Origin: a virus | Reading direction: 5' to 3' (one strand) | Length of the DNA: 64,000 nucleotides | IMG/VR virus record: IMGVR_UViG_3300008012_000023 | Coordinates: 28,982-92,981 of that record | Part shown: positions 9,501-23,090 of the stretch, piece after piece | How the letters are laid out: every line of letters starts with the position of its first letter | Numbering within the stretch: position 1 is the first letter of the stretch | Program-made: the position numbers and the translations under genes | The notes under the pieces: model-generated | What the model was told of the DNA's origin: nothing | What the model saw: only the letters and a program-made list of their open reading frames with translations | Databases searched by the model: none

Positions 9501-12500
9501 GAACAAATCTTTTATAGTTGTCATTCCAGAACTTCCAAGGATACTGTGTAATTCTTGTAGCGTCTGCTGGTCCATCTGGATCAATACTTCTAATCTTTCC
9601 TTCGTTTGTGTCATAGAAAGCAGGATTATCAAAATCTGTGTTTATTGAATCTTGTGTATCAAGAGATGTGTATCCAAGATTATACTCTCTTACTTTAGTG
9701 TGGAAAGGTTTAACCTCATTGATGTAACTCTCAACATATGAATCTGTGCCCACAGTGTATGTTTTACGCTGATCCAAAGATCTAAAAGAGTTACGGACAT
9801 TGATAAAACTAGATTTGAATAGCCAATCAACATAGTTCGATTGTTCTAAAACCTCCCTCAGAGATATGAAGAAAATGTTGTTGTATTCAATTTTCAGGTC
9901 TCCGACAAATATGTCATCTCTCAGTGCCTTCAACACATTCCTTGTTTCTATAGATGGTTCTGCGTCAAAGAAATTTTCATCAAACGTGTCGTCTCCGGCG
10001 TATCCAGTGTTAAGAACGGAATAGTCATACAGACTTGCTTCTAACTGTATCGTTCCGTTTTCTGTTCCTACGTTCTCCCAACCTTGATTGGTCTTCATGT
10101 ACAACTTCCAGCCACCAGTATCTGCATTGGTCACTTTGGCGTGTTTACCTACTTCCAAATCTAGTTCATCTAGCTCATATTCGTACTTGACCTGCTTGTC
10201 TATAAATGTGTTTTCGTCGTGTGTCATCGAACCGTCGACTTTGTACCAGTCAACTAGTTTATAGTAGGTATCTGTTTTGTATGTTTGAACTCTGGTACGA
10301 CTAAATGATGTTCCGTCCCATCTATAGATTGCCCAATACCCGTTTGAATTTTCATCTGCACTAACCAAGAAGTCAACGGTTCCACTGATGTCTCTGGTGT
10401 CTTTGTAAGTTAGATCAGCATATGTGTCAACTTTTTCGTCCCATAGTCCCGATTGTGCTGTGGGCTCTGGTTCTTTGCTGTCAAGATTGGTGTAAGAAAT
10501 ACTGTTTGCTATCTGATTTTTCTTCAACACAGAATTGGTATATGTTATGATCTCTTTGAGAGGTCTGAACCTATCAACGTACCAACTCTGCCTTGGTCTC
10601 AAATTGTTTCCGTAACGTTGGTTTACCGGAAGGTCGATGTCAGGCACACTGTCTCCCGCTTCGTTCTTGCCTACCAGGCTGTTCCACCATCTAGTTTCTA
10701 TTTCTAGATTAGGCCTGTCGTCCTTGTTGCCTTCCTGCACTATCTTCCAGACAGCATTTGATTCTGCCTCACTCAAATTTTCTTTGTAATCTATGTTCAA
10801 GATAATATTATCATTGAACAAGATGTTTTTTACATTGAATGTCAGCAATTTGTTGGTGTCTGTGATAGCATAAAACTTTTTGCCTGAAGTTAACGGGTCT
10901 CTTATAATGTTGCTTACAAAAGAAGTTGTGTTCTTCCTGACCACTGATGATTTATTTGGATCCGGTAGATTGACACTGTTCTTGACCCAAAAATAATAAT
11001 AATTGACCAATGTGTCAATTTTAGAATCATATTTTTGTTTTATACTGTACACAGTGTCATCTGAATTCAGAGGCTGACCTGATATGTTCTGTGCCAATCC
11101 TTGAGGTGTGTCTGCCAATATGGCCCATTGCGAAGGCAGTATAGTTGATTCTGTCCATTCGTACACATCTATTTGCGACCCAGGAAAAATTTTACCCCAG
11201 TTCTTGGTCCTATATTCTTGGGAGCCTTGCTCATACCATAACCATTTTACTGTAGATAGGTCCCACCACACTTCACCGATGTGATCGTCTGTCCATGATA
11301 TCGAATCATTGACATTATTGGTTTCACCTCCCACATTGTACACAGCAGGATCCCATTCGGACTTAACATTTATTTCTCTATCTGCTATTCCCAATATGTT
11401 TCCTTTCACAGGATCATACAAATCCAAGTAATCTATAATTTGGCTTTTGGCTTTGTCGAAAACGAATGCCGATGTTAATTTCCTGTCGTCGATTAAATTT
11501 TGTTCAGTTACTATAGGTTTCCAGGCATAGACTCCTAGTTCGTTAAGATCAAAACTAGACACCGTTCCGTCGTTGCTTACTCCACTGTCGCTATCGTCTG
11601 ACGGTGATCCGGCGAACACACATCCGTCTATGGCAAAAACAGATTTTCCAAATTCATCATTTGCTGTGACCTTTGCTGTGACCAACTTGTCATCTATCAC
11701 ATAGTCTGTGTCATACATCGTGGCTGTGAACACACCGCCCGATTCTTTGTTGATGTCAACAATGTGAGTGTCTTGTAAGTCGAAAGTGGTCGCACCGTTG
11801 TCAAATTTCATGTTTCTTTTTGTATTGAATTTACTAGCGCCAATTATAATCCTACTGCTGTCAGGAGTGATATCGATTGACGTTCCGAATTTCATGTTAG
11901 TCTGTGTTTCGGGAGCATTCAGGGTCTGTTGTAATGTATATGTGTTCGTAGAACCATCGGCGTTCCATTTGTAATAGTAAACAACACCCGCATCGTCTTG
12001 TAGATCGTTGTCAAAACCAGGAGCAGTTATCAAAAGTTTGGTTCCGTCTCTGCTCATGGCAAGGTCAAAACCGAACTGATTGTTCTGACTGCTACCGTCC
12101 GAACTTACCGCTGTCAATGTTTGCCTATGTGTCCAGGTGTTCTGTGTGCTACCATCATTGCTCGTGCCACCTCTTGTGAAAATTTCTACCTTGCCGGCTG
12201 TGCCAGACGAAACCGATGCTACTGCTAAGATATCACCATTATCATTCACTGCGATCTTGTTTCCAAAACGTTTGCCAGAACCTGGATCGTTACTTGTTAT
12301 AGTAACATCCTGAGTCCAGGTATCATATGTTGAACCATCATTTCCTGTACCCCACGTGTACATATAAACTGCACCTGAATCTGAAGTCTTGCCCGGAGCA
12401 CTCACAAAAAGGTATTTCTGTTGTGTGGAACGGGTGCTGTTGGCTCCCGGTTCTGCCATGGCAATGTCCCAACCAAAATTCTGTCCTGTTTCATCCGAAG

Positions 12501-15500
12501 GCGGTGTTATAGTGTTAAGTTGTGCGTAATTCTTTGCTGTGGTGTTCCACAGATAAGTTTTGACCAGACCCGAGTCGGAGAACCTTGTGCTTCCGTCTAG
12601 ACCAATAGTGTTTGTATATGGCGCTCCTGCCATAATGAAGTTTTCATCTGTGCTTATCCTTAAACTCTCACCCAGTCTGCTGGTGTTATCGTTGTTGTCT
12701 GTCATGGTCAGAGACGATTGTATCTGAAAAGCGTCACCGGGAATATTGTCTCTCCTAAATAAGAAATGAATTGTTCCTTGTCCTGTATTAGGTGCACTGA
12801 TTGCCATAAATCTTCCATCATTTCTTGCCACAACTTTGTATCCAAATTCTTGGTCATTTGTTGTCGAAGGACTTTCGATTACTTTTAATGTATATGGATC
12901 ACACTTTTCATATATCGACCATTTGCTGTTGCCGTTATTGTCTACAAAAACTCTGTCACCGTTTACTGAGTTCAAATCGTCTTTGTCTTGGTATTCGCTA
13001 TAGCTCAACAAAGAGTTCACGTTGTTCATTGACGACAACCTTACTGAAACAAATTTGTACACATTGCCATATGAGTCCAAAGTCGATCCGTCTGCCAGCG
13101 TGCCAAATGTTTGTATTCCTGTTTCTTCAAAATCAAAAACAATATTTTTATGGTCTGGAACCGAAGTTATTTTGTATACTCCGTTAAGTTCTGTGAACTG
13201 ACTGTTACTGATCAGTACAAAATCGTTTTTGCTGAAGCCATGGCTGTCACTGAAGGTCAATCTCAATTCGGTCTGATTATTCAAAGGTTGTATAGAAATA
13301 ATGTTGACGCCTGTGTTTGTGATTCGTTGCACGTCCCAATCTGTGTTTTCTTTTTTAGCAATCCATATTAGATCGTTGTTTGATATTCTATTGACATCTA
13401 AATTCAACAAGTCATTGATATTGAATGCTGTGTGCTGTACATCTTCCTGTCTGGCATATCCGGCAGTTTTATATTTTTGAACAACATCGCTGTCAAACCC
13501 TTCTTTGGTATAATCGTATTGAGCAAAGGTTGTTCCTGCTGTGTAATCTATTGGTTTTTGATAAAAATTTTCTTTCAATACAACAGCAGATCTGGCAAAA
13601 TTTTTACTTTCCGTATCCGAATCTAAAAGTTCGATTGATTGAGTGTTGTAAAGGAATTTGTTGTCATCCATTTCAAACTGTATTGATTTTTTATTATCAA
13701 CATTTCCTATTTCGCCGGTCTTGATCATCCATTCAGGATAGATGTCTAAACTGATATTTTCGCCATTGAACTGTGCTTTGACCAATTTGTCTATGGCATT
13801 AAGAGTTCCTTTTTCTCTTATAAAGCCTTGATAAAATTTATATTGCGTAACATCATTGACAAAAAGGTTTTCTAAATAATCTCGAGATTGATAGCCTATC
13901 AAATGTTGGGCGAGTGTTTGTTGTGACTCATCAAAATTGTTTGTTTCCAAATTATAGAAATCGTTGAACTGCGAAATTTTGTAGTCGAAATTTGGTATCA
14001 ACTGAGCATTTGGTTTCTCTTTTTTGATTTGCCAATTTTCGTTCTCGAAACTGTCTCTACTGTTGTGGTTAACTTTTGCTACATAGAAATTATTTTGGTA
14101 CTCTACTGTGTCTCCAATATTGTAATCTTTGTTGTTTGTCCATAAATTTACTTTCGCCTCATCAAAAACAAATCCCGGAGAATAATAATCACCGTTCCAG
14201 TCTCCGGTCTTCCATCCTACCAATTTCAATCTCTGCTGTCTGAAACCCGTGGCAGGATCGTATATGATATCACTGAACACAGTTTTATTGTCAAAAAGTA
14301 TTAGGTGTTCTTTCTGCACAGCATTCATTACAATATTGAATATGCCTTGTTCAACGTTGGTTGATTTTATCTCGAAATTTGTTCCTACTCGTTTAGTGCT
14401 GATATCTTTTGTTGATAGATTCCTTCCTTGCGAATCAAGGACTGTGTACTCGCCTACTAAATTATTCAACTTGTTGACCACAGAATTTTTTGTGGTAACA
14501 CTAAAACCATCTGCTCCAGCGGACATTGTAATAGCCGAACCTGCCGCCCACCCCTGTGTGGTCCAGTATAAAAATTCTCTAGCGGATGTTTTCCATTCAT
14601 TTACTTCTTTCAATTCTCTGCTATATGACTCAAACGCAAATCCTCGACTTTTCAAATATGCCTCATATCCAAGCAAGAAATCAACCACGTCCTGTTTGGT
14701 TTTCAAGACAGATCCGTAAGTTAGTTGCTTTGCGGTAGTATCAAAGGTGTTATAGAATATTGCCTCTGTACTTCCTATAACAAATTTTGTGCTGTTGCTG
14801 TTCTTGATGGGAGAAAAATATTGGAAATATGGTCTTAATTTATTGTAACCTATCACTTTGTATCCACCAACTAAAGTTGACCCATCGTCTGCAATATCAG
14901 TGTTCGCTTCGATCAAGACACCCGAATAATCAAATCTGTCAACAGGGTTCGAGGTTCTAAATATTATTTTGTAATTTTCGTCTGGCACGAACTGTGACCC
15001 ACTAGTGGAAGCAGGAGACACCGAATCGGTCAAAATCTTTATATTTTCTTTGTCTGTGAATCCTCCTAGTTTGTAGGACAACTGGACATTCAAATTTTTC
15101 ATTTTGTCGTAAAAGAAAACAGCAGGATCCAAATTATTTTTTATGAGATAGTTCACAACAAAAGGTTGATAACCCGCTGTCTGATATCTTGTTGTGATCC
15201 CCGTTACAGTATCGGTAACTGTTTCAAGGTGGTATCTGCTAGTGGATAATCTTTGTCTTATTCCTGTTCGAGAGTCTACTAGGTTTCCAGCGGTGTTAGT
15301 GCTCAGTGCTGAATTGTCCAAATACTGCCCAAAGAATTGTGCTGGTTTTGTAAGAGCCAACATCCTCATCACAGCAAAAGGATATTGAGCACTTCTCCTC
15401 CAGGCTGTCTCGCCCGGACCTTGGTCTCCAAATACCCAACTTTTCCTAATGCCTATAGCATCATATGATTGTAAAAGTTTTGCTTTTATAGGATTTAAAA

Positions 15501-18500
15501 GATTGCCGTTTTCGTCTACGGGAATGTAATTTGTCAAACCTTCACGTATATAACGTTCCTTGGTTGTTTGAGTATGCTTGTCAAACCCTGCCTCTAGATC
15601 TTGCCACATCACAGTATTTCCTGCAGAATATGGCGCCGGGCCGTAGTTTGTTTCCCACGAAGAAGGTTTTTCTGAATACCCTAACATCTCCCATGGATGA
15701 GTATGCGGCCTATCTGTGTCATAAAAATATTTAAAAATGCCTCTCCAATGTCCCGGAAGGAATTCATTTGCCAAAGAACTCTTTGCTGTAGAATAATTGT
15801 AAGTGAAAGGATCACCGTCAACAAAGTTCTGTTTCTGATATTGTACGGCATTTATTCCTGCCCAATTGTAAAAATCCAAGGCAAGAATACTATCGACTTC
15901 GTTGTTGCTGTATTCTGTTTCGGTAAAGGCGGATGGTTTGACATCGCTCTCATCTAACAGAGTCGGGTCGTGCTCTACTTTTATATTGTTGTAAATTCTT
16001 TTTTCAAATTCTAATAGCAAGTCGTCTCTGTAGTCACCATAGGCAATAGTCCTCGAACCGTCGTGACCGATGATCACATTCTTTGTGGTTGTGTAGGTGT
16101 TGTCGCTAACCAACTCAGGTTTGTATTTTGGATACATACCCATTTTTGTAGGAGTAGGTGGAACAAAACTTGCGGTTGTGTCTGCATAATCCTTTATCAC
16201 TATCTTGTCACCCACAGCGAGCGTGGTCGTGATGTTTATGCTATCGTCGGTTGTGTCAAAAGTAAAGTCATGATCCCTGACCAACTGTGTGTCATTCAAG
16301 TAAACATACACTGCCCTGTTGGAAAGTGATGTCACATCAAACTGGCTGTCTATCGCATAATCCACTTCTGACGAATCCTGCACCGTGTACGTTCTAACAG
16401 ATACGTTTTCGCCATACCCCATCATGTCTTCATAAAAGAATGGAAAGGTATTATTTTTATTTTCTTTAAGTTTTTCAATTATTTCATCTAGTCTTTGTGA
16501 TATGGTTCCGTCATAATCGGTTCCAACCTGATAATTCAAAATACTTTCTTTGAATTTTTGATATGATGAACTACAATAATCCAAGGCACTGATAAAATTG
16601 CTAGGTGTATCTATCAAACTGAACAGAGCATTTGTCAAAGGTGACGAATGCTGAATAATTGTTCCACCCTTTAGTCTTACATCTGGCAAATCTCTTAGGT
16701 TGGTGTTTCCCGGAAACTCCGCGCCAACTATATCAATATTTTTCTCATGAATGTCATGCAGATGATTTAGTATCTGTCCGTATGTCAATTCATCAAGACT
16801 TGCGTTCAAAGGATTAGTAGAAAGGTTTTCGGGCACCTCGTATACACCCTTGCCTGATAATTTTTTTGAATTACTATGTGTCGTAATTTTTACTAGATTG
16901 CCAACCGCAAGTGCTTTAGTAAATTTAACATATTTGTTGACAGTTCCATCGACTAGTGTGTAGTCTGTGTTTAGATCTTTTCTTTGATGGTCGACATCAA
17001 CACTGACTTCCAGGTCGGTCAATGTTTTGCTGTCTTTGTAAACGTCAATAGCAAAAAGTTGTTTTTCATCCGCTGTGACATCATATGTTCTTATCACCCG
17101 TTGTTTACTTTGTTCCGATCTTTTTATCCATCCATTTTTGCTGTTGTGAGTTGTCAGTCCTGTCGTATAGTGTAAGTGCCCGGATCCAAGAAATTTGCTT
17201 ACAAACTGGTCACCACTTTTATATTTGAATGTACCTGATAGAAGATCAGATGTAAAAACAATATCACCCACATTCTGCACTGTGTTGTATTTTACCCTCA
17301 ATCCCAACACTGTGTCTAATGGTGCCGAATCAGAAATTTTATATTCAAAAACCTTGGCTCCAATGAAATCACTGTTTGGATATGTTGTTGAATTATCAAA
17401 CGAAATGTGAGAATTATCAAACATACCAAACAACGGTTGTTGATTCAGTTTTGTTTTTTCCTGTCCAGTGGCCCACTCGGTTGTAGCAGACTTGTAATAG
17501 AATGTTTTTCCTTGATTCACAGTACCAAATTCTACAAACACATTGTCACCATTTGTTGGTGTACCATCTGACTCTAAAGTAAGATTGATTACACTTGTGG
17601 AGTTGAATGTAACAAAATTCACTTTGTAAATTTTATTTTTATATTGGCTGTCTGGATCTGCTGTGAACAAAACTCGCATTCCGTCTGTGAGGGTGATGCC
17701 ATCCACAATGTAACCTGTGTTGTTTACGATTGTAGACCCAACATCTGTTGTCACAGAATCAATAACTGTTACACTGTTCTTGGCAACTACTCCATGGTCA
17801 TACAAAGAGAGTCCAGAATCAAATTCAATTATGGGTCTCTTGGCCCTGTTTTGTTCCAGAAGGTCCAGTTCCAGGCCGTTAATGGTCGCTGTGTCTTCTA
17901 TCATTGCTCTATGGAACCATCGATTGTACCTGCTCCAGGCATTGCCGTCTATGCTATCTCTTTTGATAGTGATGTAATCAGGATCGGTTGGCCTATAAAA
18001 TGCAATCGAATAAGGTCGAGAATCATAGGCGCTCTCGTCGTACAATGTTGTTGTCTCTTCTGCATAGGATTCTGGTGTTATCAATTTGGTCGTGTCGGTT
18101 AATGTAATTTTTTCTCCAACACCCTCGACATAAAATTCTTTGTTAGCGTAGGTTTCTGTGTCTAAGACATTGTTGCCAAATTTGATCTTCATTCCATTGG
18201 ACAATGCTGTGCCGCCGCTGAAAGTATAATTTTTAAGATTTACTATCTGCTCTGCTACATCTATCTTGGTTGCATCATTGATATCCTTAATTTTTATGAT
18301 GCCGTTCATGGCAGAATGAGAACCACACTGATAATGTAGTGTATCTGGAGCATTTTCCGGAACCACAAAAGTTAAAGTGCCTTTTTTTACCCCATTGTTT
18401 GTAACACCATTATCATACAGCACACTTGTTGAGCCATCGACAGCAATACCTGTCTTGAATGGTTCCGTCATGATGTAAAAAGGATGAGATGTGGTATCTT

Positions 18501-19146
18501 TGACAAATTTGTAAGTGTTTCCTCTGTAAAGTGTTATCTGGGGATTGTCGGTGTTGCCGTGTGTTCCAAATCTGTATGATGTCGAACCGTTGGCAGTGAC
18601 ATCTATCTCATAACTGATACCTGGTCCTATCGTTGACACAAGGATAGGATTTGGACCTTCTGGCAACCAATAGTATTCTCTATAATTGATCAACTTATCT
18701 AGGTCGACCGCAGAGTTCCAACTGTATACATCTTCTTTGGTCAATCTGTCATGGTTGTCAACTATACCGCCTAGGTATTCGATTTGATTGATAAAGTCAT
18801 CATAAGTTGCTGTAAATTTTACTCTATCTTCAGGATTCACACTGCTTGTATCTTTGTCGATATACGTGACAGTAGGTTCTAATTGATAATTTTTCCTTAG
18901 TTCACTTGTGGCACTTACGTATTTGTCAGCACTTTGTCTTGTGTAAGCATATGGCCTTCCAATATAACCGTCTAACCTTTGTAGATTGCCTTTCTGGACC
19001 AAAGGATCAAGTGTGCTTGATAAAAATCGTTGGTTGGCATCTGTCCTGTAGTAGGCAGGTAGATGAGCCACTGTTCTTCTGTAGTTCCTACCCTCTTTGT
19101 CTGTGACTACTTCTAGATTTCTTGATGATTTGTTATCTTCCGCCAT
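6550..19146 (-). CDS. Giant baseplate wedge-like structural protein (4198 aa; gp7-like position)
   Basis: Uninterrupted ORF directly downstream of gp6. Contains FG-GAP-like propeller repeats (FG..VA...DG..LAISAP), [15 protein letters not shown] repeats, many GDGSTxxF repeats and [11 protein letters not shown]. Confidence 0.7.
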   Translation of the reverse strand: MAEDNKSSRNLEVVTDKEGRNYRRTVAHLPAYYRTDANQRFLSSTLDPLVQKGNLQRLDGYIGRPYAYTRQSADKYVSATSELRKNYQLEPTVTYIDKDTSSVNPEDRVKFTATYDDFINQIEYLGGIVDNHDRLTKEDVYSWNSAVDLDKLINYREYYWLPEGPNPILVSTIGPGISYEIDVTANGSTSYRFGTHGNTDNPQITLYRGNTYKFVKDTTSHPFYIMTEPFKTGIAVDGSTSVLYDNGVTNNGVKKGTLTFVVPENAPDTLHYQCGSHSAMNGIIKIKDINDATKIDVAEQIVNLKNYTFSGGTALSNGMKIKFGNNVLDTETYANKEFYVEGVGEKITLTDTTKLITPESYAEETTTLYDESAYDSRPYSIAFYRPTDPDYITIKRDSIDGNAWSRYNRWFHRAMIEDTATINGLELDLLEQNRAKRPIIEFDSGLSLYDHGVVAKNSVTVIDSVTTDVGSTIVNNTGYIVDGITLTDGMRVLFTADPDSQYKNKIYKVNFVTFNSTSVINLTLESDGTPTNGDNVFVEFGTVNQGKTFYYKSATTEWATGQEKTKLNQQPLFGMFDNSHISFDNSTTYPNSDFIGAKVFEYKISDSAPLDTVLGLRVKYNTVQNVGDIVFTSDLLSGTFKYKSGDQFVSKFLGSGHLHYTTGLTTHNSKNGWIKRSEQSKQRVIRTYDVTADEKQLFAIDVYKDSKTLTDLEVSVDVDHQRKDLNTDYTLVDGTVNKYVKFTKALAVGNLVKITTHSNSKKLSGKGVYEVPENLSTNPLNASLDELTYGQILNHLHDIHEKNIDIVGAEFPGNTNLRDLPDVRLKGGTIIQHSSPLTNALFSLIDTPSNFISALDYCSSSYQKFKESILNYQVGTDYDGTISQRLDEIIEKLKENKNNTFPFFYEDMMGYGENVSVRTYTVQDSSEVDYAIDSQFDVTSLSNRAVYVYLNDTQLVRDHDFTFDTTDDSINITTTLAVGDKIVIKDYADTTASFVPPTPTKMGMYPKYKPELVSDNTYTTTKNVIIGHDGSRTIAYGDYRDDLLLEFEKRIYNNIKVEHDPTLLDESDVKPSAFTETEYSNNEVDSILALDFYNWAGINAVQYQKQNFVDGDPFTYNYSTAKSSLANEFLPGHWRGIFKYFYDTDRPHTHPWEMLGYSEKPSSWETNYGPAPYSAGNTVMWQDLEAGFDKHTQTTKERYIREGLTNYIPVDENGNLLNPIKAKLLQSYDAIGIRKSWVFGDQGPGETAWRRSAQYPFAVMRMLALTKPAQFFGQYLDNSALSTNTAGNLVDSRTGIRQRLSTSRYHLETVTDTVTGITTRYQTAGYQPFVVNYLIKNNLDPAVFFYDKMKNLNVQLSYKLGGFTDKENIKILTDSVSPASTSGSQFVPDENYKIIFRTSNPVDRFDYSGVLIEANTDIADDGSTLVGGYKVIGYNKLRPYFQYFSPIKNSNSTKFVIGSTEAIFYNTFDTTAKQLTYGSVLKTKQDVVDFLLGYEAYLKSRGFAFESYSRELKEVNEWKTSAREFLYWTTQGWAAGSAITMSAGADGFSVTTKNSVVNKLNNLVGEYTVLDSQGRNLSTKDISTKRVGTNFEIKSTNVEQGIFNIVMNAVQKEHLILFDNKTVFSDIIYDPATGFRQQRLKLVGWKTGDWNGDYYSPGFVFDEAKVNLWTNNKDYNIGDTVEYQNNFYVAKVNHNSRDSFENENWQIKKEKPNAQLIPNFDYKISQFNDFYNLETNNFDESQQTLAQHLIGYQSRDYLENLFVNDVTQYKFYQGFIREKGTLNAIDKLVKAQFNGENISLDIYPEWMIKTGEIGNVDNKKSIQFEMDDNKFLYNTQSIELLDSDTESKNFARSAVVLKENFYQKPIDYTAGTTFAQYDYTKEGFDSDVVQKYKTAGYARQEDVQHTAFNINDLLNLDVNRISNNDLIWIAKKENTDWDVQRITNTGVNIISIQPLNNQTELRLTFSDSHGFSKNDFVLISNSQFTELNGVYKITSVPDHKNIVFDFEETGIQTFGTLADGSTLDSYGNVYKFVSVRLSSMNNVNSLLSYSEYQDKDDLNSVNGDRVFVDNNGNSKWSIYEKCDPYTLKVIESPSTTNDQEFGYKVVARNDGRFMAISAPNTGQGTIHFLFRRDNIPGDAFQIQSSLTMTDNNDNTSRLGESLRISTDENFIMAGAPYTNTIGLDGSTRFSDSGLVKTYLWNTTAKNYAQLNTITPPSDETGQNFGWDIAMAEPGANSTRSTQQKYLFVSAPGKTSDSGAVYMYTWGTGNDGSTYDTWTQDVTITSNDPGSGKRFGNKIAVNDNGDILAVASVSSGTAGKVEIFTRGGTSNDGSTQNTWTHRQTLTAVSSDGSSQNNQFGFDLAMSRDGTKLLITAPGFDNDLQDDAGVVYYYKWNADGSTNTYTLQQTLNAPETQTNMKFGTSIDITPDSSRIIIGASKFNTKRNMKFDNGATTFDLQDTHIVDINKESGGVFTATMYDTDYVIDDKLVTAKVTANDEFGKSVFAIDGCVFAGSPSDDSDSGVSNDGTVSSFDLNELGVYAWKPIVTEQNLIDDRKLTSAFVFDKAKSQIIDYLDLYDPVKGNILGIADREINVKSEWDPAVYNVGGETNNVNDSISWTDDHIGEVWWDLSTVKWLWYEQGSQEYRTKNWGKIFPGSQIDVYEWTESTILPSQWAILADTPQGLAQNISGQPLNSDDTVYSIKQKYDSKIDTLVNYYYFWVKNSVNLPDPNKSSVVRKNTTSFVSNIIRDPLTSGKKFYAITDTNKLLTFNVKNILFNDNIILNIDYKENLSEAESNAVWKIVQEGNKDDRPNLEIETRWWNSLVGKNEAGDSVPDIDLPVNQRYGNNLRPRQSWYVDRFRPLKEIITYTNSVLKKNQIANSISYTNLDSKEPEPTAQSGLWDEKVDTYADLTYKDTRDISGTVDFLVSADENSNGYWAIYRWDGTSFSRTRVQTYKTDTYYKLVDWYKVDGSMTHDENTFIDKQVKYEYELDELDLEVGKHAKVTNADTGGWKLYMKTNQGWENVGTENGTIQLEASLYDYSVLNTGYAGDDTFDENFFDAEPSIETRNVLKALRDDIFVGDLKIEYNNIFFISLREVLEQSNYVDWLFKSSFINVRNSFRSLDQRKTYTVGTDSYVESYINEVKPFHTKVREYNLGYTSLDTQDSINTDFDNPAFYDTNEGKIRSIDPDGPADATRITQYPWKFWNDNYKRFVQSVVITNAGSGYTQTPTVTITGGGGSGATATAVVSDGSVKSISVTNAGSGYTSTPTVLITGGESGGSTPTNQAKASVRLGNAKVRDIQTTIKFDRISKTATVLDWTSDTVYEYGTLIRFNNELYRATNRFTSTTDFDDNEGSVQKLRGDESYITATERTLGLYTPTTEMPGNELSQLMKGIDYGGVMVTGLDFTNDQGWDKSNWYENPWDNYGTSRSKTFYGDGSTVTFSFDTAPATTEVYTVYFDGTRQTSEVFRGDGTTTSFTLSSAPGNGVKVEFIPFDDDKVLTPTDDRTLDTQLSGGLFSSVLGQSPSDIIVEGDAFVTPETSFAPEENVPGSIFDTLDIKVYTTPLSGVPFIVNKTYFGDDSTITFSIGQKPGTSAGVFVTVNNTIQTLNTDFTVDVENETITLTTTPVTGAVINVRSFAVSGSNYVVLNEFTGDGSTTDFETASRDTYQLDSALPTLYVTKNGVPQTVSTDYTTSESNKKITVSFTSAPASGDSIQVAGFNQDSTSRAYAEVRTQEIEYDGSTLTYPLTYPAGAIGPYAGLTLVELNGSLLRGPDNTYYSGDGSTATFTYGVSTMLSDGSTVDPAKTITSNSQIEVYKNGSKQLLNTDYTVDIAQQNVSFVLAPASGDIIVIATKVDKHYTVTGSDLVIDTSQISSDSISLSQGDKFVVTTFNNAFGMRQRREVLEGRTNGEFYLSADPFNSDYTYVALNQELLVANNDYTIENNKITIFGKTITTSDRLDVMYFAIESNTGATGFRIFKDMLNRTFYKRISKTHTTKLTQDLLVDSTTITVEDGTILGQPNVSANMPGVIFVDKERIEYFSKTGNTLGQLRRGTLGTGIKVHASGADVVDASGQQTVPYADTISSKTYTGDGSTVSFATTTAPSSASELDIFIGGQRLLLTSEDGSTVNYIVDGSTANVTLITPPASGVQIKIIQKTGSVWYDAGVSTAANGKGLQKANTYQARFIAGEPTNAPE

Positions 19147-19148
19147 CT

Positions 19149-22100
19149 TTAGTATCCTGTACCACTACTGCCGGAACTGGAGTTGCTTCCAGAACCGTAT
19201 GTTGTCGAGGTAACCGATGATACTGCCGATGATGATCTTGTTGTGTTTGTTATTGACGTGGTCGATGTTACAACTGTTCCAGAAGCCTCTAGTTGGTTGG
19301 CTCCTAGAGCATCTATGATTGTAACATCATCAACGGTGGCCCCACTGATGAAAATTTCGTCTGATGCTGAACTGATTTGGAACAGAGAACCAAATCCTTG
19401 TCCTGATTGATTAGGCACGATGACCACCGTGAGTAGGTCTGGTGCCAATTGATTGTGTATGTAAGCCGCAAGTTCCGTAAAATAGAAAGTGTCACCAAAG
19501 TTCCAATTTTCTAAGGCAAAAAATCTATTGATTGCCTGAATGACTTTTGTTTTGATTATTGCATTGCTTACATTTGTTTCGGGATTTTTGACAACCTTGA
19601 ATGTTGACTGTAATTCTTCGTTGGCATTTGTGCCAAATAAGATTTTATATTTTACCGGACGGTATATAATTTGATCACTCAAACTTTTTACAGGATTAAG
19701 TTTGCTTCCATAACTTATTCTCAACTGATCACTTGTGCTTGGTGTAGGCCGTGTTCCACCTTCAGAAAGCCAATTTCTAAAATTGATATCATAAGTTCTT
19801 TCCAACATGAAAATATCTATCACGTTGCTTACACTTGGATCTATTCTCGATCCTTGCCCTGCATGATGCTTGTACTGGAAATCGATAGTAGATCTACCAG
19901 ATCTGGCAATATAGTCTGTGGTTGTGTTTAAAGTTTGTGTGGACGAATCATATTTTTTGATCACGTCTTCGCTGGGATCTCTAAAATAAAAAAGTTGGCC
20001 ATTTTCGTATGTTCCGGGTAAAGTTATATCTGACTCATTTGCTGTCACAATAAAATTAGTAGAAGCGTAAGGTCTGAATCTTTCTATGTTGTTGTAAGAC
20101 AAATATTTTTCAAAGAACACATACTTTGTGTTGGGAGATGTTGTGGGTTCAACAATAATATCAAAAATTTCAGGATTATCTACAACGCCATCGTCGTCGC
20201 TATCGAAAAAGCCAACTTCAACTTTTCTATTGTCCTGGTAACCGTCTGCTTCTTGTATGGTGTTTACAACTTGCCAATATATAGGATACCCTACAGATGT
20301 TGAACTTGATAATATCAAATTATTTTTTAATATTTTTACAAAATCTTTTACTAATCTTCCAGTTTTATAATCATAGATTCTTTCATCTATATCGTAATGA
20401 AATTTGTTTTGACCTTCTGATTCGAAAATATATTTCAAAGATCTGTACTCAACTGTGTATGTATTTCCGTCATTTGTAAATTTAAACCACCAACTGGCGT
20501 CCAAACTAGTTTCGGAAGTGTCGCCCTCGTTGTCGAGACTGAAATCATCTGAGGTGTTCAAGTTGGATGATGTGATCACCTTCCATTCTGTGTTTTCTGA
20601 ATCAAATCTCAAACCAAATGTCTCATACGCTTCTATTCTATTTTGTATGTCTTGCTTCAACGCTGTGGTGAATGTGTTAAGGAAAGGTGGTATGACCGCA
20701 TTTGCCACGGCGTTTGCTGGAATAATATTCGCTAAAGTAACCGGACCAACCCCTGACTCTAGATTTCCAACTCCGCCATTTGCTCCGTCTGCCACTACCG
20801 AAGTAACTTTGGCCCATGACCTATCTTCTGCATTGTCTGTGCCACTGGTGACCAACTTGCCGTTTAAAAATTTTCTTGTATCTGGCGAAGTGAATTTCAC
20901 CAAAGATCCAGGTTTTACATACTGCAGATTGCTTGTGCTGAATTCCCCAAGAACCAGAGGCCCGCCTGCATTAAAATAACCTGTGTTTGTATTTGTTCCG
21001 GTTGTTGTGCTTACCCAACTCGCAGTAAGGCTTGATAAATCTTTTGCATCATATTTCAAGTAATAGAATTGCCTCGAATACGCATTTTTTAATTTTGCCT
21101 CAACGCTGGTGTTTATTGTGTTGAGAATATCATTCCTGTTTGTGAAAGTAAAAGTAAAAGTAGGTGATGTTTCTTCTCTGTAAACTATGCCATCTTCAGC
21201 AATAGTGCTTACCTGAGAATATGCACCAGTTGGATCAATGATATCCTTGGCCCTGGAAATGCCAGATGCTGTTCTGTTCACTGATTTTATTTTCACTATT
21301 TCCTGGGATGCACCCAAAGGAACTATGTTGTAATCCTCTGCCGTAATCATTCTATTCTGTGAATAATAAACCTGAGGTGCCTTCTCCCTGATAGAATCGT
21401 TTGATTCTGTGGCCGATGAATTATACACTGATTGTTTCAGGCTGACACTTATTGTTGCCACCTGACTGCCACCATTTTTGTCAAGATACGGAAGATCTAT
21501 TTGAACGTTTTGTATGTCTGTTGCCTGGATAGAATACTTTTCGTTGTCGCTAACTCTGTGGTACACCCTAAAAGCACCCGATGGCAAGTTAGCAAAATTG
21601 CCATCACCGAAGACCAAATCAACTGCGTCGTTATTTTTCGTAATGACATTGTAAACATCTCTTTCGCTTTTAGACAAACTGTTGTATATTGTGTTGTTTC
21701 CGGCAACGCTCGGAACCTTGGTCCATAATTTTGAAACCTGATTGAGGTTGTCAAGACTGTATAACCAAACATCTGTGTCATTGATGCCATTGACATTGAT
21801 GTTCTGCACAAAATTTGTAATGCCTTGTTCGATAGAAAATTCGGTGTTTGTCAATCCTCCCTGTTTGAACAACACAAAGAAGCCTGTATTATTCGAACTG
21901 TCTCCTGCGCCATCTGTTCTGTATAGATAACTGAAACCATCACCCGGTAGAGGTGCCTTTTCATATATAGATTCGCTCGAAGATACAGTTGCGGGCACAA
22001 CTTCGAAATTTCTAGTTACTCCGTTGACCGGTTTTATGAATTTGAAAATTGGAAGGTCTGTATTGATACTGTTGGATGTGTATACTTCAGTAGTGATACC

Positions 22101-22640
22101 ACCAATTATGGCCGACTCCAAAGGCTTTCCGAATTTTTGATCTGTAAAATTTAATGCGTTGAAAATGCTGATAAACTGTTCTCTGTAATTGGCATTTGTT
22201 GGATCATTCCATACCACTGTGGTATTGGCTAAATTAGTGCCTGACGAATCTGTCACTGTTTCTGTTGTTGAAACAGAATCTATCTTTAACAAACCAGATG
22301 CACACTGGTTCCTACGAGCATTGTAATTTATAAGTCTTGCCAATCTTAATACAGAATTTCGTCTTTCTGCGGTTTCTAAAAAATTTTCTCTGGCATTCAA
22401 ATCAACTCTGAACGATAGGGACTGTGCCACATAGGCTATCAGATCGATCAGGGCAACATATTCAGAACTCTCAACAAAATCATTGAAATCATCTGGATAG
22501 TTTTCCTTGATGTAGGACACCATGGTCCTTCTTATGGTCTCAAAATCGTATGATTTGAAATCTGCTTTTTGAAACGCCTGATAGATCTTACGCCAATCTT
22601 CTGCAATCAATAATCTATTTTGTCTATCTGTAGTGGCCAT
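19149..22640 (-). CDS. Baseplate wedge subunit, T4 gp6-like
   Basis: [29 protein letters not shown]...[24 protein letters not shown]; [11 protein letters not shown]...[10 protein letters not shown]. Confidence 0.9.
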   Translation of the reverse strand: MATTDRQNRLLIAEDWRKIYQAFQKADFKSYDFETIRRTMVSYIKENYPDDFNDFVESSEYVALIDLIAYVAQSLSFRVDLNARENFLETAERRNSVLRLARLINYNARRNQCASGLLKIDSVSTTETVTDSSGTNLANTTVVWNDPTNANYREQFISIFNALNFTDQKFGKPLESAIIGGITTEVYTSNSINTDLPIFKFIKPVNGVTRNFEVVPATVSSSESIYEKAPLPGDGFSYLYRTDGAGDSSNNTGFFVLFKQGGLTNTEFSIEQGITNFVQNINVNGINDTDVWLYSLDNLNQVSKLWTKVPSVAGNNTIYNSLSKSERDVYNVITKNNDAVDLVFGDGNFANLPSGAFRVYHRVSDNEKYSIQATDIQNVQIDLPYLDKNGGSQVATISVSLKQSVYNSSATESNDSIREKAPQVYYSQNRMITAEDYNIVPLGASQEIVKIKSVNRTASGISRAKDIIDPTGAYSQVSTIAEDGIVYREETSPTFTFTFTNRNDILNTINTSVEAKLKNAYSRQFYYLKYDAKDLSSLTASWVSTTTGTNTNTGYFNAGGPLVLGEFSTSNLQYVKPGSLVKFTSPDTRKFLNGKLVTSGTDNAEDRSWAKVTSVVADGANGGVGNLESGVGPVTLANIIPANAVANAVIPPFLNTFTTALKQDIQNRIEAYETFGLRFDSENTEWKVITSSNLNTSDDFSLDNEGDTSETSLDASWWFKFTNDGNTYTVEYRSLKYIFESEGQNKFHYDIDERIYDYKTGRLVKDFVKILKNNLILSSSTSVGYPIYWQVVNTIQEADGYQDNRKVEVGFFDSDDDGVVDNPEIFDIIVEPTTSPNTKYVFFEKYLSYNNIERFRPYASTNFIVTANESDITLPGTYENGQLFYFRDPSEDVIKKYDSSTQTLNTTTDYIARSGRSTIDFQYKHHAGQGSRIDPSVSNVIDIFMLERTYDINFRNWLSEGGTRPTPSTSDQLRISYGSKLNPVKSLSDQIIYRPVKYKILFGTNANEELQSTFKVVKNPETNVSNAIIKTKVIQAINRFFALENWNFGDTFYFTELAAYIHNQLAPDLLTVVIVPNQSGQGFGSLFQISSASDEIFISGATVDDVTIIDALGANQLEASGTVVTSTTSITNTTRSSSAVSSVTSTTYGSGSNSSSGSSGTGY

Positions 22641-22655
22641 TATGTATAATGTAGA

Positions 22656-22663
22656 TATTTATA
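22656..22663 (-). promoter_or_regulatory. T4-type late promoter TATAAATA for the gp6-like gene
   Basis: Exact TATAAATA on the minus strand, 15 nt upstream of ATG 22640. Confidence 0.75.
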
Positions 22664-22683
22664 TGATTATAAATGTGCGTATA

Positions 22684-23088
22684 TTAAGATAGACGTATCG
22701 TGCTATTTTGATCAAAATCTAACTGTAACTTTTCGGTGATATTGTAAGGAAGATAACTGATTGTGGCCTGTATTGATATGCCATGATCTTCTTCGGATAC
22801 CAATATTTCTTCTGTGTTGATCCTGGGATCGGCGTTTAAATTTCTGGTGATATCATCGGCTATGGCCTGTCTGAGATCCTCGGTCAGAGGTTCAAACAGT
22901 ACATCATATATTATAGTGCCAAATTCGGGGTTTTCCACACGCTCTCCCTTACGAACACTCAAACGGTTCAACAAGTTTTGTTTGACCAATTCAAAATCAT
23001 ACAGTTTGTAATTGGTCCTTGACGCCTGACTGCTAAAACCTTTGAATGTTTTGGATTTTGGTATTGTGTTTTTTCCTGTGTCTGCCAT
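22684..23088 (-). CDS. Baseplate wedge/sheath-initiator protein, gp25-like
   Basis: LVKQNLLNRLSVRKGERVENPEFGTIIYDVLFEP...DPRI is the GPW_gp25 signature. Confidence 0.9.
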   Translation of the reverse strand: MADTGKNTIPKSKTFKGFSSQASRTNYKLYDFELVKQNLLNRLSVRKGERVENPEFGTIIYDVLFEPLTEDLRQAIADDITRNLNADPRINTEEILVSEEDHGISIQATISYLPYNITEKLQLDFDQNSTIRLS

Positions 23089-23090
23089 TT

